IMG/VR virus record: IMGVR_UViG_3300033073_000243
Span: 1-64,000 of that record
Strand: one strand, 5' to 3'
DNA length: 64,000 bases
Source of the DNA: a virus
Lineage: Duplodnaviria; Caudoviricetes
Positions 1 to 9,054 of the stretch are shown one piece after another. The notes beneath the pieces are model-generated. The model searched no databases and had not been told where the DNA came from. It saw nothing but the letters and a program-made list of their open reading frames with translations. Positions within the stretch are counted from its first letter, which is position 1; the number at the start of each line of letters is the position of its first letter. The position numbers and the translations under genes were made by a program.

Positions 1-56
1 TACTGCAACGCTGTTCTATGGCAGCGAATTTAACTGCTAATTAAAGGACAACAACA

Positions 57-608
57 ATGAGTAATTTTAAAAGATTTACAAGTAGCGACAATACAGACAA
101 CTATGATAGCGGTTATGTAGGCCGTGAGGGCGAACTAACTTGGGATTCAAGCAATGGATTAAGACTACACGATGGTTATACTTACGGAGGTAACTCCGTA
201 GGTGGTGGTAACATTCCATCTGGACCCGGTGCAATTCATACATTGGCGTTTGGTGGCGGTACTAGCGCCAACAATGGCAAAGTATTGATACAAAATGCCA
301 ACATTGAATCTGAATGGGGCTATGCTGATAGAGTTGACAATGCCAACAATGCCATTAACTTAGACGATCAAGCAACTGTTGCTTGGGGTGACAGAAGCGG
401 TATGATTGTAGTAACCGATCATTGGGCAGGTTACACTTATACTTGGATTGTAGGTGGCGGTGGTGTAACATTGCTAGGTAGCACCAATGGTGGTGCTTCT
501 GCAACTTGCACATTGACCTTTACAGGTGGACAGTACACATTAACTAACACCAGTGGCACAAATAGAAACTTTGGTTTTGCTTGGATTGTTACTAGACATA
601 ACACTTAA
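57..608 (+). CDS. Putative virion/tail-associated protein with Mtd_N-like N-terminal motif
   Basis: N-terminal YVGREGELTWDSSNGLRLHDGYTYGG resembles the major tropism determinant N-terminal repeat (GxxGE.T.D.....L.VHDG.T.GG). The rest is Gly/Thr/Asn-rich and beta-like. AAGGA RBS upstream. Confidence 0.5.
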   Translation: MSNFKRFTSSDNTDNYDSGYVGREGELTWDSSNGLRLHDGYTYGGNSVGGGNIPSGPGAIHTLAFGGGTSANNGKVLIQNANIESEWGYADRVDNANNAINLDDQATVAWGDRSGMIVVTDHWAGYTYTWIVGGGGVTLLGSTNGGASATCTLTFTGGQYTLTNTSGTNRNFGFAWIVTRHNT

Positions 609-1234
609 TGAAAATTCGTCCTGCTAATACTAGAGGTGAAATGAAAAAGTCCTGGATCACAAGTCTTAGGACTTTTTCTAATAATGACTACTGGGATCCT
701 CGTTATATGAATTGGAATTGTGTTAAAGTTATTAACGATGACACTCAGCAACCCGGCGGATTTGTTCCTAATCATGAGCATAAAAACTACGATATACTTG
801 GTTATGTTGTAGAAGGCGAACTCGAACACACAGACAGCTTAGGTAATGTAAATAGAGCTAGTGCTGGTCAAATACAGCACATGTGGTGCGGGAAGAGTAT
901 TTGGCACACAGAACGATGCATAGGTAACACGCCAGCTCGTTATCTACAGCTTTGGATTACTCCTAATCGACAATTAAACTCTCGGCCTTATTATGAACTC
1001 ATTGACAAGAATCTAGAGTTTGACATTATCCCTGTAGACTTTAAACAAGATGTAACTGTAAAAGGTGGTATACTTAGAGATAACTATACAATAAGTAACG
1101 CCTATCTATACATTGTAGAAGGTAGTTGTACAGTAGACGGACAACTATTAAACAAAGGTGATGGCGCAGAAATATACCAGCCAGTGACAATTTCTCCTGG
1201 CGAAAAATGTCACATACTAACATTTGAGGTTTAA
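608..1234 (+). CDS. Pirin family (YhhW-like) bicupin protein
   Basis: GFVPNHEHKNYDILGYVVEGELEHTDSLGN...IQHMWCGKSIWHTE matches the pirin HxH...H.E metal-binding pattern; LQLWI motif present. Confidence 0.85.
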   Translation: MKIRPANTRGEMKKSWITSLRTFSNNDYWDPRYMNWNCVKVINDDTQQPGGFVPNHEHKNYDILGYVVEGELEHTDSLGNVNRASAGQIQHMWCGKSIWHTERCIGNTPARYLQLWITPNRQLNSRPYYELIDKNLEFDIIPVDFKQDVTVKGGILRDNYTISNAYLYIVEGSCTVDGQLLNKGDGAEIYQPVTISPGEKCHILTFEV

Positions 1235-1303
1235 TTTCTTATTTTATTTTTTCGGTGTTAAAAGCTGAATTTTGGTAAATAGTTTATATTTTAAGGAACT
1301 GCC

Positions 1304-1396
1304 ATGTCTTCACAAAGCATAATGGGCCCACGCGGCCAAAGAGGTCCAAGGGGACCTAAAGGTGACAGGGGCGCAACAGCTAGTCCTGTAATTTGA
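1304..1396 (+). CDS. 30-aa collagen-like micropeptide (not in ORF track)
   Basis: ATG at 1304 after AAGGAAC; MSSQSIMGPRGQRGPRGPKGDRGATASPVI* contains six consecutive Gly-X-Y triplets; followed by a terminator. Confidence 0.5.
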   Translation: MSSQSIMGPRGQRGPRGPKGDRGATASPVI

Positions 1397-1427
1397 TGAG
1401 AGATTAATAAAATACTCACCCTGTAAT

Positions 1428-1452
1428 AAAGCCTGGCCAGTCCGGGCTTTTT
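1428..1452 (+). terminator. Rho-independent terminator
   Basis: AAAGCCTGG-ccagt-CCGGGCTTT hairpin followed by a T run. Confidence 0.7.
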
Positions 1453-1477
1453 ACTTTGTATCAAATGTTTTATTTCT

Positions 1478-1485
1478 AATAAATA
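1478..1485 (+). promoter_or_regulatory. T4 late-promoter-like TAAATA box upstream of the 1.5-16 kb gene cluster
   Basis: AATAAATA between the terminator and GGAG-ATG(1508); resembles the T4 gp55 late consensus TATAAATA. Confidence 0.45.
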
Positions 1486-1507
1486 ATAGAACAATATTGG
1501 AGTTAGT

Positions 1508-2254
1508 ATGATTTTATTAGAAGGTGGTAATGTATTTGCCAATGCCACGCCATTCGATCATAAAGATGTACCTGCTATACTGAACACAGTGAATTCAGCT
1601 TTAGAAGGTACTGGTATTACTGTTATACCGGTCGGTAGTGCCGCAAGTCCACGCCCTGGTAAGAAAAGCGGCGACATGGATGTATTAGCAGACGAAGCTT
1701 CTGTAATGAGTTTCTTCAAAGCTAAAGATGCCAAAACTGCTCGCAAAGCATTAAATGATTATATACATGCCAAAGGTTTAGAAACAGCACAAACGGGCAT
1801 CAATGTGCATGTTAATGTTCCGGTAGGCGGAGAACATCATCAAGTTGATATTATGGTAACTGCCAACGCAGGTCAAGTTGCTAAATTCCATACACATAAT
1901 ATTCCACAAGGTAGCCCTTACAAAGGTGTAAACAAACAATTACTAATGGCTTTCTTAGCCAAGGATAAAGGTTATATGTGGTCTGCATGGCAAGGATTAT
2001 TTGCTCGTGATGCTAACGGCAAGAAAGCAGACTTTGTAACAGATGATTTAGATAAAATTGCAGGCATTTTAGTTGGTAAAGAAGATGCTAGTGTATTAGG
2101 TAGCGTTGAAAGTATACTAGCTGCATTACCGCCAGATCAAGCAAAAGAATTATTAGCTCGTGGTAAGGCAGATCCTAATTGGAAAGAAGTATCGCAAGAA
2201 AGTTATCGCGTCGGGACAAACGAATGGTTCCGTAATATGTTGAACAAGTTATGA
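1508..2254 (+). CDS. Pol-beta-superfamily nucleotidyltransferase-like protein
   Basis: VGSAASPRPGKKSGDMDV fits the GS...SGD.D NTase signature, with a later third Asp (HHQVDIM). Confidence 0.55.
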   Translation: MILLEGGNVFANATPFDHKDVPAILNTVNSALEGTGITVIPVGSAASPRPGKKSGDMDVLADEASVMSFFKAKDAKTARKALNDYIHAKGLETAQTGINVHVNVPVGGEHHQVDIMVTANAGQVAKFHTHNIPQGSPYKGVNKQLLMAFLAKDKGYMWSAWQGLFARDANGKKADFVTDDLDKIAGILVGKEDASVLGSVESILAALPPDQAKELLARGKADPNWKEVSQESYRVGTNEWFRNMLNKL

Positions 2255-3117
2255 AAATAAACGAATTCCAATTAGACGAAATCGAACGCCTACGCCCAAG
2301 TGGATTTGAAGGCGGCAAAGAACATTTGAGTGGAGAATACGCAGCCGGTAAAATAGTTAAAAAGTTACCAGGCGGTAGTGGACTGTTATATTCCATTCAG
2401 AATGACAGCGGTGATATCAAGATTAGATTGTGGGATCCAAACAAAGGGGAATACCAACCTACACAAGAACCCAAGAAACAATCATGGCATAATAATAGAG
2501 AACATCAACAAAGAATTAGATGGTGGGAAGAAAGAAACGAAAGACTTAAGGCTGAGTTTGAAAAAGCTCCTGGCAAATTAATAGGCGAGTTAAATGTCGG
2601 CAAACCCTATGGTTTTCCACTAAAAAATGCGTTACAAGTTAACACTATCACTGTAGATGAAGATTACCGCGGTGTAGGTCTCGGTAAAGCATTGTATGGC
2701 ATTGTTCTTACTATCCTAAAGCGACCATTACTTGCGGGTTCTAGTCAAACACCCGGTGGTAGAAGAAATTGGGTAAGCCTAGCAAGTATTCCTGGTGTAG
2801 AAATGAAGGGTTATATTGCTGTAGACGACCTTGATTTGCAATCTATGGACACGAGTAAACTGGATCGTCGATATGATGATATAGCTTGGGTAAAGAGAAC
2901 TAACAAACAAGTAGAACAGAGAATCGATACTATCATGGGCAAGCTCGGTGGACAGTATATAGGCAGGGCCGATAATCGAGAATTTTTTGCCTTCGATGTT
3001 AGGCCCGATACAACAAAACAAGAATTGAAAGCACATGTAGATACTACTTTAACTAAAGTGTATGGTAGCTATAACTCCAGCGTTGGTTTATACGCAACTT
3101 GGACGGGACAAGCATGA
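2251..3117 (+). CDS. GNAT-family acetyltransferase with CTS-like leader
   Basis: QVNTITVDEDYRGVGLGKALYG is the acetyl-CoA-binding motif A (V...YRGxGxG); ATGA overlap with the upstream gene. Confidence 0.7.
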   Translation: MKINEFQLDEIERLRPSGFEGGKEHLSGEYAAGKIVKKLPGGSGLLYSIQNDSGDIKIRLWDPNKGEYQPTQEPKKQSWHNNREHQQRIRWWEERNERLKAEFEKAPGKLIGELNVGKPYGFPLKNALQVNTITVDEDYRGVGLGKALYGIVLTILKRPLLAGSSQTPGGRRNWVSLASIPGVEMKGYIAVDDLDLQSMDTSKLDRRYDDIAWVKRTNKQVEQRIDTIMGKLGGQYIGRADNREFFAFDVRPDTTKQELKAHVDTTLTKVYGSYNSSVGLYATWTGQA

Positions 3118-3662
3118 AAATAGTAGAATTATTAGAGGACGTCAAACAAGCATTGCATTTTGCCACACAGGCACATGCAGGGCAAACTCGTAGCGGTGGC
3201 GAGCCATACATCGGCCACCCTGTTAGAGTTGCACAGACTATTCGAAAATATAAACAGAGTCACAACATTGATGCCTTAATAGCTGCCGCTTACTTACATG
3301 ATACCATAGAAGATACAGACACTACCCATGAAGCATTGCATGACTTGTTTGGCGGATTGGTTGCTAGTCTGGTATTGGAACTTACTAGCGACTTAGAAGA
3401 AATTAAAAAAGTTGGTAAGAAAGAATACCTTGCTAAGAAGATGGCACACGATATGAGCAGCTATGGATTGGTTATTAAATTAGCAGACAGATTAGACAAT
3501 GTACAAGATATTGCAACTGCTAAGTCACCAGAATGGCGAGCACGATACAAAGCAGAAACAGAACATATACTCGACTATATTGAAAAGCATAGAGTGCTAT
3601 CTGGTACGCATCAACGTCTAATCGGTTTAATAAGAGATAAGTTAAACGAGATACCGGCATGA
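3114..3662 (+). CDS. RelA/SpoT-type HD hydrolase (small alarmone hydrolase, Mesh1-like)
   Basis: AHAGQTRSGGEPYIGHP, AAYLHDTIEDT, LELT and KLADRLDN motifs are all intact; true start is ATG 3114 (ATGA overlap). Confidence 0.85.
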   Translation: MKIVELLEDVKQALHFATQAHAGQTRSGGEPYIGHPVRVAQTIRKYKQSHNIDALIAAAYLHDTIEDTDTTHEALHDLFGGLVASLVLELTSDLEEIKKVGKKEYLAKKMAHDMSSYGLVIKLADRLDNVQDIATAKSPEWRARYKAETEHILDYIEKHRVLSGTHQRLIGLIRDKLNEIPA

Positions 3663-4213
3663 GATACTTAGAGATTATACAAGAATTCCAACTCCCAAAA
3701 AATTCGTGGGAGTTACTCATTTCCAATGCCGATAAAGAAGAGGCCGGAGATGAGCTTGTAAATCTCGTACAAACCGCGTATACTAATACACCTGACGGAA
3801 GTTTTGTTAATAGTATCCGTGATGTTATTCCTAGCGATTGGAATGTTATCGATTGGGATCAAGATCCTGATGTAGATAGTTGTGTATTTTACAGAAAAGC
3901 AAGAAACAACGAATCGTGGGTTGGATATAAAATACAAGGTATTGGACATGATGGTACAAAAACAAGTAAAGATAAAGCTATTACTAAAGTTCAATCAATG
4001 TTAACAAAGCCAGGCGTATGGATAGAATCTAGTGATGCTATGCGTCACATACTTAAGAAATTAAATGTTCCTTCGGTAGAAGATTTAAAAACATTACAGG
4101 CATTATTCAACGATCCTTTCTTAGAAAAATTTGATAATGACACTTACGACAGGCGTCTACCTAGCGGCAAAGTCGTAAGGGAAACAGTATTTGGGAATCC
4201 TAAACTAAAATGA
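3659..4213 (+). CDS. Hypothetical protein with CTS-like leader
   Basis: Coupled ORF (ATGA overlaps at both ends), starts MRYLEIIQE; no family recognised. Confidence 0.75.
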   Translation: MRYLEIIQEFQLPKNSWELLISNADKEEAGDELVNLVQTAYTNTPDGSFVNSIRDVIPSDWNVIDWDQDPDVDSCVFYRKARNNESWVGYKIQGIGHDGTKTSKDKAITKVQSMLTKPGVWIESSDAMRHILKKLNVPSVEDLKTLQALFNDPFLEKFDNDTYDRRLPSGKVVRETVFGNPKLK

Positions 4214-5349
4214 GATTACTAGAATTAAAAGAAGCCGCAGATCCTAAACTAGGTCGTGCATTTAACCACTTAGAGGATTTAGTTTTCTTCTATGGTACTA
4301 AGGGCACGATCGAAGCTCTTGAGCATTTAAAAGATATGAACACTGAGCAAGGCAGCGGTAGTGTTCGTATGAAATGGGACGGCAATCCTCAAATCTATTG
4401 GGGCAGAGAAAACGGACAAATCATTCCTCCACACGGACATGCTCAGTGGGGTCGTGCTAATTTGCCACAAACAGGCAAAGATGTAGCAGACTACATTATG
4501 GCAACAGGCAAAGCAACTACTCCAGAAGAGATTGCAAGTCGTCAACAGTTTGCAGACAAGTTTGCAAGTCTTGCAGATTTATTTGCAGCCGCAACTCCAG
4601 AAACATTAGATGGTAACAGTACATATTATGTCTATGCTGATGCATTATTTTTAAACAAACCAGAACTAGTAGATGGCGTTTACACATTCTGTCCTAACCC
4701 TAAAAGTCAAACTTGCTATCATGTAAAAGCTGATAGTGAATTAGGAGAACGCATCAAACATGCCGAAGTTATGGTTGTTGGTCATGCTTATTTTACAGCA
4801 CACGGACAGCCCGACAGCGCCCAGATTCCTATTAAAGACTTTAGTCAGTTTAACACAAACCCTAAACTAATTGTACTCGGTCCTATCTATAATGTTGCAC
4901 CTGTTGCTATAGATACAACAATGATAGATCAAGTCGAGGAACATATTAAACGTCATGCTCATAATGTTGATACTTTCTTAAATGGTACGGCAGGATTAAG
5001 TGACTTAAAACAAATCATATACACTTATGTCAATCAAAGTGCTAAGGCAAAACAGTTAGATAGTTTAAGTGCAGATCATTTCTTCCAATGGGCGGCGACA
5101 AAAGTCTCTGTGCCAAAGCAGGAGAAAATAAAACAGTTAAATAGTATGAACAACAATGCGTTGGAAGAGATATTTAAAATTGTAAGAGCGATTCAAATAT
5201 TAAAAGACAATGTCATTGACCAGATCGAAGCAGGACCTAAAGCAGACATTTGGGACACACATGGAGAAGGTCGTGTGCGTTATGCAGATACAAATAAACA
5301 ATTCGGTAATGTTAAGTTCGTTCCGAGAAAGCGTTGGACACCACAATGA
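4210..5349 (+). CDS. DUF6267-like protein (ligase-type KxDG nucleotidyltransferase fold)
   Basis: NHLEDLV...MKWDGNPQIYWG resembles the T4-like phage family found beside cytidylyltransferases; KWDG matches ligase motif I. Confidence 0.55.
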   Translation: MRLLELKEAADPKLGRAFNHLEDLVFFYGTKGTIEALEHLKDMNTEQGSGSVRMKWDGNPQIYWGRENGQIIPPHGHAQWGRANLPQTGKDVADYIMATGKATTPEEIASRQQFADKFASLADLFAAATPETLDGNSTYYVYADALFLNKPELVDGVYTFCPNPKSQTCYHVKADSELGERIKHAEVMVVGHAYFTAHGQPDSAQIPIKDFSQFNTNPKLIVLGPIYNVAPVAIDTTMIDQVEEHIKRHAHNVDTFLNGTAGLSDLKQIIYTYVNQSAKAKQLDSLSADHFFQWAATKVSVPKQEKIKQLNSMNNNALEEIFKIVRAIQILKDNVIDQIEAGPKADIWDTHGEGRVRYADTNKQFGNVKFVPRKRWTPQ

Positions 5350-6485
5350 AAATTAGACAATTATTAAAAGAAGCCGCTGGCGTTACTGCCGCATTTGCAT
5401 TTGGTCGTTTTAATCCAGCTCATCAAGGTCATATTGCCGTTTGGAAAACAGTTCAGAACGCAGGTGTTAAATGGTACATTGGTACTAACCCAACAACACA
5501 CGGACCAAATGACCCACTAACATTCGATCAGAAAACAGCGTGGATGGAAGCAATCTATCCTGCTATTGCCGGACATATTGAACCTGCTAACAGTGTTTTA
5601 TTTTTAGCCGCAAAGATTTATCAAGACTTGGGCGGTAATCAAGACTCTACAGTAGCTTATATTACAGATGAAACAGACTGGGCGTGGAGTGGTAAACTAT
5701 TAAATCAATACAATGGTGTTGAAGGTGCTCATGGATTCTATAAGTTTTCACAAATCGTTCATGTGCCTAGTCCACGAGTAAGTAGTGCAACAGCATTGCG
5801 TGATGCGGCTCGTGCAGATGACAAAGTTGCTTTCTATCATGCTAGCGGTACTGATCCTAAATTAAAAATTGCAGGTAAAACTTATTTTGATACTGTGCGT
5901 GAAGCTTGTTTAGGTGCAGATGCAAACAAAGCATCTAAGCGTAAACCTAAAGCAGAAAGCGTAGAAGAAGCAAGTCTTGCAACTATGCGTGATTATTTTG
6001 CAGGAAATAAAAATGCGGAAGATGAATTAAAGATAACTCAAATTCGTAAGCATTACGAAAAAGAAATTCCCCCAAATTCTAAAATTCAGAAAAAAGAATT
6101 CAGAAGCCATCATGACTATGACAAATGGTTAGAAAAGAATGGTTTAAGTAAAGTCGGTGGTAATCTAAAAGAGGTGGCTCCTCCTGGTATGGAACAATGG
6201 ATTAAAGATCGTAAGTCTGAGTTTAAAAAGCGTTACGGTGATCGTTGGCAAGAAGTTCTGTATGCCACAGCGTGGAAACAACATAACAACGAAAGCGTAG
6301 AAGGTATCGAAAATCAATCGTCAGAAGAGCTTTTAGAATACTTACGCAAGATACATAAGCGATGGGCCTTAGTAAGTAAAGGCGAAGGTAAACCTTTAGT
6401 TTATTACAAAGGCGAAGGTAAACCAAGTAAAGAATGGGTCAAGAAGCAAGAGCGTCGTATAGGTTACTTTAAACACAAAAAATGA
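5346..6485 (+). CDS. HxGH cytidylyl/adenylyltransferase-like domain plus C-terminal small modules
   Basis: FGRFNPAHQGH (HxGH) and RVSSATALR motifs; C-terminal third is split by SVEEA, LKEVA and SVEGI; true start 5346. Confidence 0.7.
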   Translation: MKIRQLLKEAAGVTAAFAFGRFNPAHQGHIAVWKTVQNAGVKWYIGTNPTTHGPNDPLTFDQKTAWMEAIYPAIAGHIEPANSVLFLAAKIYQDLGGNQDSTVAYITDETDWAWSGKLLNQYNGVEGAHGFYKFSQIVHVPSPRVSSATALRDAARADDKVAFYHASGTDPKLKIAGKTYFDTVREACLGADANKASKRKPKAESVEEASLATMRDYFAGNKNAEDELKITQIRKHYEKEIPPNSKIQKKEFRSHHDYDKWLEKNGLSKVGGNLKEVAPPGMEQWIKDRKSEFKKRYGDRWQEVLYATAWKQHNNESVEGIENQSSEELLEYLRKIHKRWALVSKGEGKPLVYYKGEGKPSKEWVKKQERRIGYFKHKK

Positions 6486-8695
6486 AATACAAAGAAATAT
6501 TTGAACAAATCATCAACGAAATTAATATGAGTCCGGCTGGTCTTCGTAGTCTAGTGGCCGATATTAATGCTCAAGCAGGTATGGAATTTGAAATGATTGT
6601 TCCGGGTGCGGCGGAAAGTGCCAGCAGTGATGATTACTTAGAACCAGATTACGATTCTAACGAAAGTACTCGCAGCTTTAGACAAATTCGCGATTTCTTC
6701 CATGATGGTGATTACAATGGACGCAGAGATGTAGAACGCTTGGAACAACGACTACTAGACGATTATATGGACAGCGATTTCTTAAGTGAAAAGAAACAAG
6801 AAGCATGGGGAGAAGCTTCCTATGATGCTGTTAGAGATTTAGTTGACAGAGATTATGCAGACGACTTGAGAGATCAAGCAACTGACGAAATTTCTGCTAA
6901 GACGCCAGAATTTGGTGTTAACGGTGATGAGTTCCAAGAAGCAGTTTTAGAGCGTTACAATGAATTAGTTCAGGAAAAAATTGACGACATTCTAGCTAAC
7001 ATGGGTAGCGAGTATGATGAAGCTTATGAGGAATGGGAACAAAACGAATGGCAAGATATATGGAATGACTTCGACTTACAAGAAGAATGGCTAGAACATG
7101 AAGGTCTAGAAACTATGAGTGATGTTGCCGATAATTACGATATCACATGGCCTTACTATTACAATCCAAACGATGGCGGCGGAGAAGTCAGTGTAGACGA
7201 TGCGGCAGACAGTTTTAGTCGTGCTATGGGTAAGCCAGTAAATGCCAGTTCCAGTTATCATGGTGCTCGCAGAGAAGCAGGGCATTATGTTGTAGAACCC
7301 GACGGCAGTTTAGAAGCAGACGATGATGAAGACGGTGGTTTAGAGTTTGTTAGTCCGCCTATGCCCATCAATGAGTTACTTGACGACCTAAAGAAAGTTA
7401 AAGCATGGGCAGACAAAACCGGATGCTATACAAATGACAGCACAGGTTTGCATATTAACGTCAGCGTTCCTGGATGGCAAGGCGATGTTGCTAAATTAGA
7501 CTATGTTAAACTTGCAATATTATTAGGCGACGAATATATCTTAAACGAATTCGGTCGCCAAGGTAATACATATTGTAAGAGTGCTTTGAAGATTGTCAAA
7601 GACAATATTACACAACGTCCAGAAGATGTAAAGCTATTACTAGATAAAATGCGTGAACATTTAAACACAAGCGCATCTAAATTGATACATAGCGGTGCCA
7701 CAAGCAAGTATACAAGTATCAATACCAAGACAGGTTACATTGAATTCCGCAGTCCAGGCGGCGATTGGTTAAACGAAAACTTTGACAAAATTGAAAATAC
7801 GCTTTATCGTTTTGTTGTTGCTATGGATGCTGCCGTAGATGAAACAAAATACAAACAAGAATATGCCAAGAAACTTTATAAGCTATTGTCTGGTAATGAG
7901 AAAGACAACACAAACACATTAACTTATTTTGCACAATATGCCGCAGGAGAATTACCACAAAGCGCATTAAAGAGTTTTATTAAACAGGCACAATTAGAGC
8001 GTAAAGTAAAGAAAGATCCAACAAGTGGACAGAAATATTGGTGGAGTGTTGGGCTAAGGTCTAATCCAAATTACAGAATTGAAGTAGTTGGTGCTAGTAA
8101 GGCGGAAGCCATTTCTGCCGCTATGGACAGTAACACCGATTTAATGAGATATAACGCTGACACCGACTTTACTGCAAAACCAATTCGTCCATTTGATGAT
8201 AGCTCAGTAAAGGCTACAGTAGGTGAACCACAACCTGCAGGTGGTTATAGGAACGCACTAAGTCAAACTGACATAGAAAATAGATTAGGTTGGGGTGGTC
8301 AAGAGGCAGATGCCAACTACGAAGTTGTAGATCGTAGCAATAATCGATCTGTATTTAAATTTATTGCTAATACTCCGCAAGAAGCACAGAGAAAATATGG
8401 ACAGGTTCTCGATGTATTTGGATTCCCGCATGATACAGAGAACTATGGCTTTAGGGAAATTGCTTTACCAGGGTCAACATTAGATTTACAACGTCAAAGA
8501 GTTGCCGCGGGTGATTTTACGGGCCAATGGAAAGTAATGATTGACGGCGAGGAAGTATACAGATTTGGTGGCGCCGGTAACAGCCAAGGCGATGCTAACA
8601 GAATCGCCCGAGAATGGATCAGACAACAAATATCAAGAGGAACTCTAAACCCAGCAGATAATGCAGATATAACTGTTGTACCAGTAATGAATTGA
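6482..8695 (+). CDS. Putative amidoligase (COOH-NH2 ligase type 2) with acidic insertion
   Basis: GMEFEM, GLEFVSPP, TNDSTGLHINVS, KYTSIN and IEFRSPGG are the conserved amidoligase-2 motifs; long D/E-rich insert. Confidence 0.7.
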   Translation: MKYKEIFEQIINEINMSPAGLRSLVADINAQAGMEFEMIVPGAAESASSDDYLEPDYDSNESTRSFRQIRDFFHDGDYNGRRDVERLEQRLLDDYMDSDFLSEKKQEAWGEASYDAVRDLVDRDYADDLRDQATDEISAKTPEFGVNGDEFQEAVLERYNELVQEKIDDILANMGSEYDEAYEEWEQNEWQDIWNDFDLQEEWLEHEGLETMSDVADNYDITWPYYYNPNDGGGEVSVDDAADSFSRAMGKPVNASSSYHGARREAGHYVVEPDGSLEADDDEDGGLEFVSPPMPINELLDDLKKVKAWADKTGCYTNDSTGLHINVSVPGWQGDVAKLDYVKLAILLGDEYILNEFGRQGNTYCKSALKIVKDNITQRPEDVKLLLDKMREHLNTSASKLIHSGATSKYTSINTKTGYIEFRSPGGDWLNENFDKIENTLYRFVVAMDAAVDETKYKQEYAKKLYKLLSGNEKDNTNTLTYFAQYAAGELPQSALKSFIKQAQLERKVKKDPTSGQKYWWSVGLRSNPNYRIEVVGASKAEAISAAMDSNTDLMRYNADTDFTAKPIRPFDDSSVKATVGEPQPAGGYRNALSQTDIENRLGWGGQEADANYEVVDRSNNRSVFKFIANTPQEAQRKYGQVLDVFGFPHDTENYGFREIALPGSTLDLQRQRVAAGDFTGQWKVMIDGEEVYRFGGAGNSQGDANRIAREWIRQQISRGTLNPADNADITVVPVMN

Positions 8696-8705
8696 GGATA
8701 ATACA

Positions 8706-8882
8706 ATGAGATTAAATGAATTAACAACAGACAAGTTAGCAAAATATAAAACGGCAGCGGCTGCTGATGCAAGTGCTGCTGATAAAGAAGGCGACTACAA
8801 ACGCGGCGATAAGCGTTTTAGTGGAATTATAAAAGCAACAAAAAAACAATTCGACAATGATGCTAAAAAGAATAAATCTTAA
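8706..8882 (+). CDS. 58-aa protein with CTS-like leader (not in ORF track)
   Basis: GAGGA RBS; MRLNELTTDKLAKYKTAAAADASAADKEGDYKRGDKRFSGIIKATKKQFDNDAKKNKS*. Confidence 0.8.
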   Translation: MRLNELTTDKLAKYKTAAAADASAADKEGDYKRGDKRFSGIIKATKKQFDNDAKKNKS

Positions 8883-9054
8883 ACGAGTATTTGTATTAAT
8901 TGCAACTCATGCGGCAGTATTTGCCGTTGGTGTTTACTATGGGTTAGAAGTATATGAAGCCTACATTAATGACCAATTTATTGTAGTGCCTAACGATGTT
9001 AACCGACAAGCACCATTTAAAGAATTTAAAGGTACAAAATATACAACGGTATGA
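8857..9054 (+). CDS. Possible small membrane protein
   Basis: One hydrophobic helix (VFVLIATHAAVFAVGVYYGL) and an ATGA overlap with the GH19 gene, but it overlaps the upstream ORF by 26 nt. Confidence 0.35.
   Translation: MMLKRINLKRVFVLIATHAAVFAVGVYYGLEVYEAYINDQFIVVPNDVNRQAPFKEFKGTKYTTV

Noticed and set aside
57-608. Diversity-generating retroelement suggested by the Mtd_N-like motif
   Set aside because: No reverse transcriptase and no TR/VR repeat pair with adenine-specific mismatches is visible in the window.
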